Shown piece by piece: positions 63,495 to 64,000 of a stretch of DNA of 64,000 nt. This DNA comes from Psammoneis japonica. Lineage: Eukaryota. Position 1 is the stretch's first letter, and every line of letters starts with the position of its first letter. Both the position numbers and the translations under genes were made by a program. The stretch covers positions 1 to 64,000 of the forward strand of contig QPGO01000064.1 in the NCBI GenBank assembly GCA_008632985.1, given 5' to 3'. Below the pieces are notes generated by a model. The model ran no database searches. It was not told where the DNA came from and was given only the letters and a program-made list of their open reading frames with translations.

Positions 63495-64000
63495 GAGTCT
63501 GTCCATCAGTCCGTGTGTGAATGTCAACTTCTCGGGAAATCAATTGAAATGCCATCTGATCGACGGTGTTTTGATTCACATGGTGAAGGCCAATGCCGTC
63601 AATCAGATGGCATTTCAATTCAGTTCCCGAAAAGTCATTAGCTCCAATCACTCTCTTGTGTGACATTGTGTGCATTTCTGCGCAATTTTGTGTTTTTCCC
63701 CACGCAAAATGTCAATTGTGACTCATGCGACATTTTCGAATGACTCCTGTTGGCATCTTCTCGTGACGTGTCGTCGAGTGGTGATGTCGGTCGGTGCCAA
63801 TGCTCGTTGGAGGAGCATTCTCTTGTTTCTGGTCATGTTTCATTCACGCTGTTGTGCATCCAAAATGGACTCTGCATTCTCTGGAGATGCCATTCCTGAG
63901 CTGCTGGCTGCACAGCTGGTGACACACAAGAGGGAAAGGCCGGCCCTGCCCCCGCCAAATGGGGCAGAGAGCCAAAGCCCAAAAAGTTTTTCATGGAGCA
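63495..64000. mobile_element. Start of another TpA-depleted repeat island (runs off the window)
   Basis: One TpA (ATTAG, ~63639) seen in the last 500 bp; TG/CA-rich; contains the inverted repeat. Confidence 0.5.
63527..63635. repeat. 44-bp imperfect inverted repeat with 21-nt spacer
   Basis: Arm 63527-63570 is the reverse complement of 63592-63635 with about 6 mismatches. Confidence 0.85.

Noticed and set aside
1..64000. Classical fungal RIP or plain CpG decay as the cause of the islands
   Set aside because: RIP increases TpA and hits both copies. CpG decay does not touch TpA, and the Copia region lost TpA while keeping CpG.

Overview
Eukaryotic nuclear DNA, most likely from a pennate diatom: short GT-AG introns, bipartite plastid-targeting peptides with ASAF-like cleavage sites (ISA|F, VEG|F, AAA|F), a CoDi-type Copia element, and LCYB and VDR carotenoid genes. 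About 20 ordinary or duplicated genes are present: 3 tandem bacterial-type sulfatases, LCYB, GGT, a DUF2779-like nuclease, RluA, Mpv17, 3 bulb-type lectins, a 5'-nucleotidase/class-C GPCR, SAC3, a sulfotransferase, VDR, 2 PhyH-DUF6824-Tudor copies, LSM, GTDC1, SpoU, an ankyrin fragment and a bZIP-like protein. They are interleaved with about eight 0.5-4 kb islands of transposon relics and dead duplicates. The main result is the mutation signature of these islands: TpA is almost completely erased and replaced by TpG/CpA (A:T to G:C), with or without ordinary CpG decay. Two internal duplications let the changes be read base by base, and conserved Tyr codons in the relics become Cys or His. This is the opposite polarity to fungal RIP, affects only one copy of a duplicate, and fades at island edges. 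It suggests an undescribed heterochromatin-linked hypermutation or genome-defence process, but a base-calling artefact must be excluded first. Many genes carry isolated 1-bp frameshifts that are probably assembly errors. All counts were made by eye.
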